Shown: piece by piece, positions 61,941-64,000 of the stretch | Numbering within the stretch: position 1 is the stretch's first letter | Layout: the number at the start of each line of letters is the position of its first letter | Origin: Vermamoeba vermiformis | Lineage: Eukaryota | Direction: 5' to 3' | NCBI GenBank assembly: GCA_045837725.1 | Contig: JBEWZL010000076.1 | Location: 434,001 to 498,000 of the forward strand | Length of the DNA: 64,000 nucleotides | Program-made: the position numbers and the translations under genes | Notes under the pieces: generated by a model | Seen by the model: only the letters and a program-made list of their open reading frames with translations | What the model was told of the DNA's origin: nothing | Database searches by the model: none

Positions 61941-63234
61941 CTAACAACAGGTCGGGTCCTCAGGCTTCGGGCTGGGGTCGCTAGTCTTGCACTCTTCGAA
62001 CCACGGCAAACAGGTCGCAGCGTGACACCACGAGCAGACGAAGTGACTCCACAACGCCACACTGAGCAGCACGAGGGCAGTCACAATGACACTCACGCCC
62101 AGTAGCGCTCTGACACGTGTCTTGTGACGTGCGGCACGCTCCCACTGCGCAGCGACACTCCACTGCCGCGGCACACAGACCAGCGAGGCCAGCACGCCGA
62201 ACACCAGTCCACCCACGTGCGCAAAGTTCTAAGAATAGTGTCAATAAATATAACACACGTTCAAAACTACTTGCATCGATGTGCGGTGCAATGCCCACGA
62301 GCAGCGAGAGCAGTGTCGAGGCCACGATTTGAATCACTTTCACGCGTCGATGTGTGTGCACGCACCAGTTCACGGCCAGATCCACTGCAAAGATGCCGAA
62401 CAGACCGAAGATGGCGGAACTCGCACCGACTTGCAGTGTCTCGGGCAAGAAGACAGCACTCGCCATGTTGCCGCCAATCCCAGATAGGAAATAAATCAGT
62501 GCCAGGCGCCACCAGCCCAAGAAGCGCTCAGTCTGCATGCCGAGCCACAGCTGCGAGAACATGTTGAGCAACAGGTGCACGAATCCCGAGTGCAAGAACA
62601 GCGCAGTGAATAGGCGCCACACTTGTCCCTGCAAGATGAGCGGGGTGAATTTGGCGCCCAGCTGGATCAAGCTGTCGAGCGAGACATTGAGCCACCAGCC
62701 CTTGGTGACGCCTTGATTGACGACGAGCTGCACGATGAACATGATCATATCGATGGCAGTGATGGTGAAGGTGAAGTACGCGCGACGGTGCAGCTTCAAA
62801 TTGAGAAACGGACGCGGCTTGTGGCGCCTCTGCTGCACTGCTCCATCTGACTCGAGCTGCGACATGATAAACTTGTCCTGCAGTGTGTCTGTGTCTGTGC
62901 TTTGAAGCATTTCTAGCAGTTGTTCGTCTTTGAATTCTGGCTTGATCAACTCTAATTTTCGTGGCGCAGAATCTGCATAAAAATGTAAATTGGAAATTTA
63001 AGGCAGTATGACCCATATAGTATTTATTGGCACTATAATATGTTTTATAACAAATGATAATTTTAGAAGCGATAATTGATGATTTCTAATTGTCTGCAAA
63101 GTCATACCACCGCGTAGACTGATGAATCTGTTTTCGTCGTCAGAGTCGATGTAGTCTTGATCATCGTCGTCCTAGTATCATCGTCTCTGTTAGCATGGCT
63201 GTTGGTGCATTCGCGTATCACTTACATAATTCAT
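61941..63234 (-). CDS. Rhomboid intramembrane serine protease
   Basis: GQVWRLFT..FLHSGFVHLLLN, catalytic VGASSAIFG, HIDNFAHVGG after splicing. Confidence 0.9.
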
Positions 63235-63610
63235 CGTGGTGTTCGTGTCAGTCTAAGTTAAATTAGTGCAAGGCTTCGGAAACACTGCACGACACCGCAC
63301 ATGACACGTGTCAACTGCCTTGCTGCACCGCGGCATTGAACTGAGTGTCATGCACCTCTCCTTGCTGGGAAAGAGGTCCCCAATCTTTGAGTCCCTGCAT
63401 GGGGTTTGTCTTAAGGACGAGTGGCACTACAACCCTACCATGCCCTGACGATTAGATTATCGAGTGCATGAGCGGATCCGATACTCCGAGCGATCACGTG
63501 GTTTTATTTATCCGCGAAATGTCCTTTGCTCCCGTCCGTTCATTAAAACATTTAATTCTGAACGCACGACCACACACCAAGTATTCAATCAGATAGATAA
63601 TCAATTAGTA

Positions 63611-64000
63611 ATGTTGACTCGCTTCGGATTCGCTCTTACAAAGCAGTGCGCTAGATCTGCGCTCAAGTCACGCGCCTCAGCAAGATTATTTGCTCGATCA
63701 TATTCGCAGGTAATAGGCAAATATTTCAGTAACGAAGGTTATCATAATTGCCACTAATATTATTTGTGGAAATTTGATATTTTTTTTTCCTCGTGTGGTT
63801 CATGATCCGAGCTCTAAACACCTCACCTAACACCTTGTTACAGGAAGCATCGCGACCAGCACTGACGATGTGGTCCGAAGAAGAGAGCATGTTGCGCGAC
63901 AGTGTGGCTCGATTCGCGAATGAGACCATCAAACCACGTGTGCGCGCCATGGACGAGTCGAGCACGCTGGATCACGAAGTGCTCAAGGGGTGCTTCGATC
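63611..64000 (+). CDS. ACADSB: Mitochondrial acyl-CoA dehydrogenase (short/branched-chain-like), 5' part only
   Basis: Presequence, one intron, then PALTMWSEEESMLRDSVARFA...IKPRVRAMDE. Confidence 0.7.

Noticed and set aside
63428-63440. CAACCCTA as a telomerase RNA template
   Set aside because: Only 7 nt match a TTAGGG template, and no supporting pseudoknot is visible
58222-64000. MMAA and ACADSB as a branched-chain catabolism cluster
   Set aside because: Separated by unrelated genes; mitochondrial genes are scattered throughout the window

Overview
Gene-dense nuclear DNA of a unicellular eukaryote, probably an amoebozoan (inferred from an ARCK-1-like C1-ankyrin-SAM-TKL kinase). It uses the standard code and has many short introns, mostly with CTAAC/CTGAC branch points. 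About 35 protein genes are recognisable, mostly housekeeping (WDR46, NDUFS7, WDR26, FHIT, SPT4, VPS54, RAB1, eIF4A3, AP4S1, Fe-SOD, symplekin, RPL12, PSMC2, DLST, EXOSC6, NOG2, RPL5, MMAA, a rhomboid and others). The best candidates for something new are: (1) a SANT-PHD-PHD-EVE-PHD protein joining histone readers to a bacterial-style modified-base reader; (2) a highly iterated 12-bp motif TGACA(CG/GG)TGTCA running through exons and introns; (3) a compact BAH-PEHE chromatin protein; (4) a ~2 kb CpG-depleted, gene-free island next to an intron-containing PARG-like gene with a QDE motif; (5) two putative U12-type introns; (6) meiotic HEI10; and (7) a five-exon gene missed by the ORF track. All calls come from reading the sequence by eye with no database searches. 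Gene boundaries are hand-built models and counts are hand counts.
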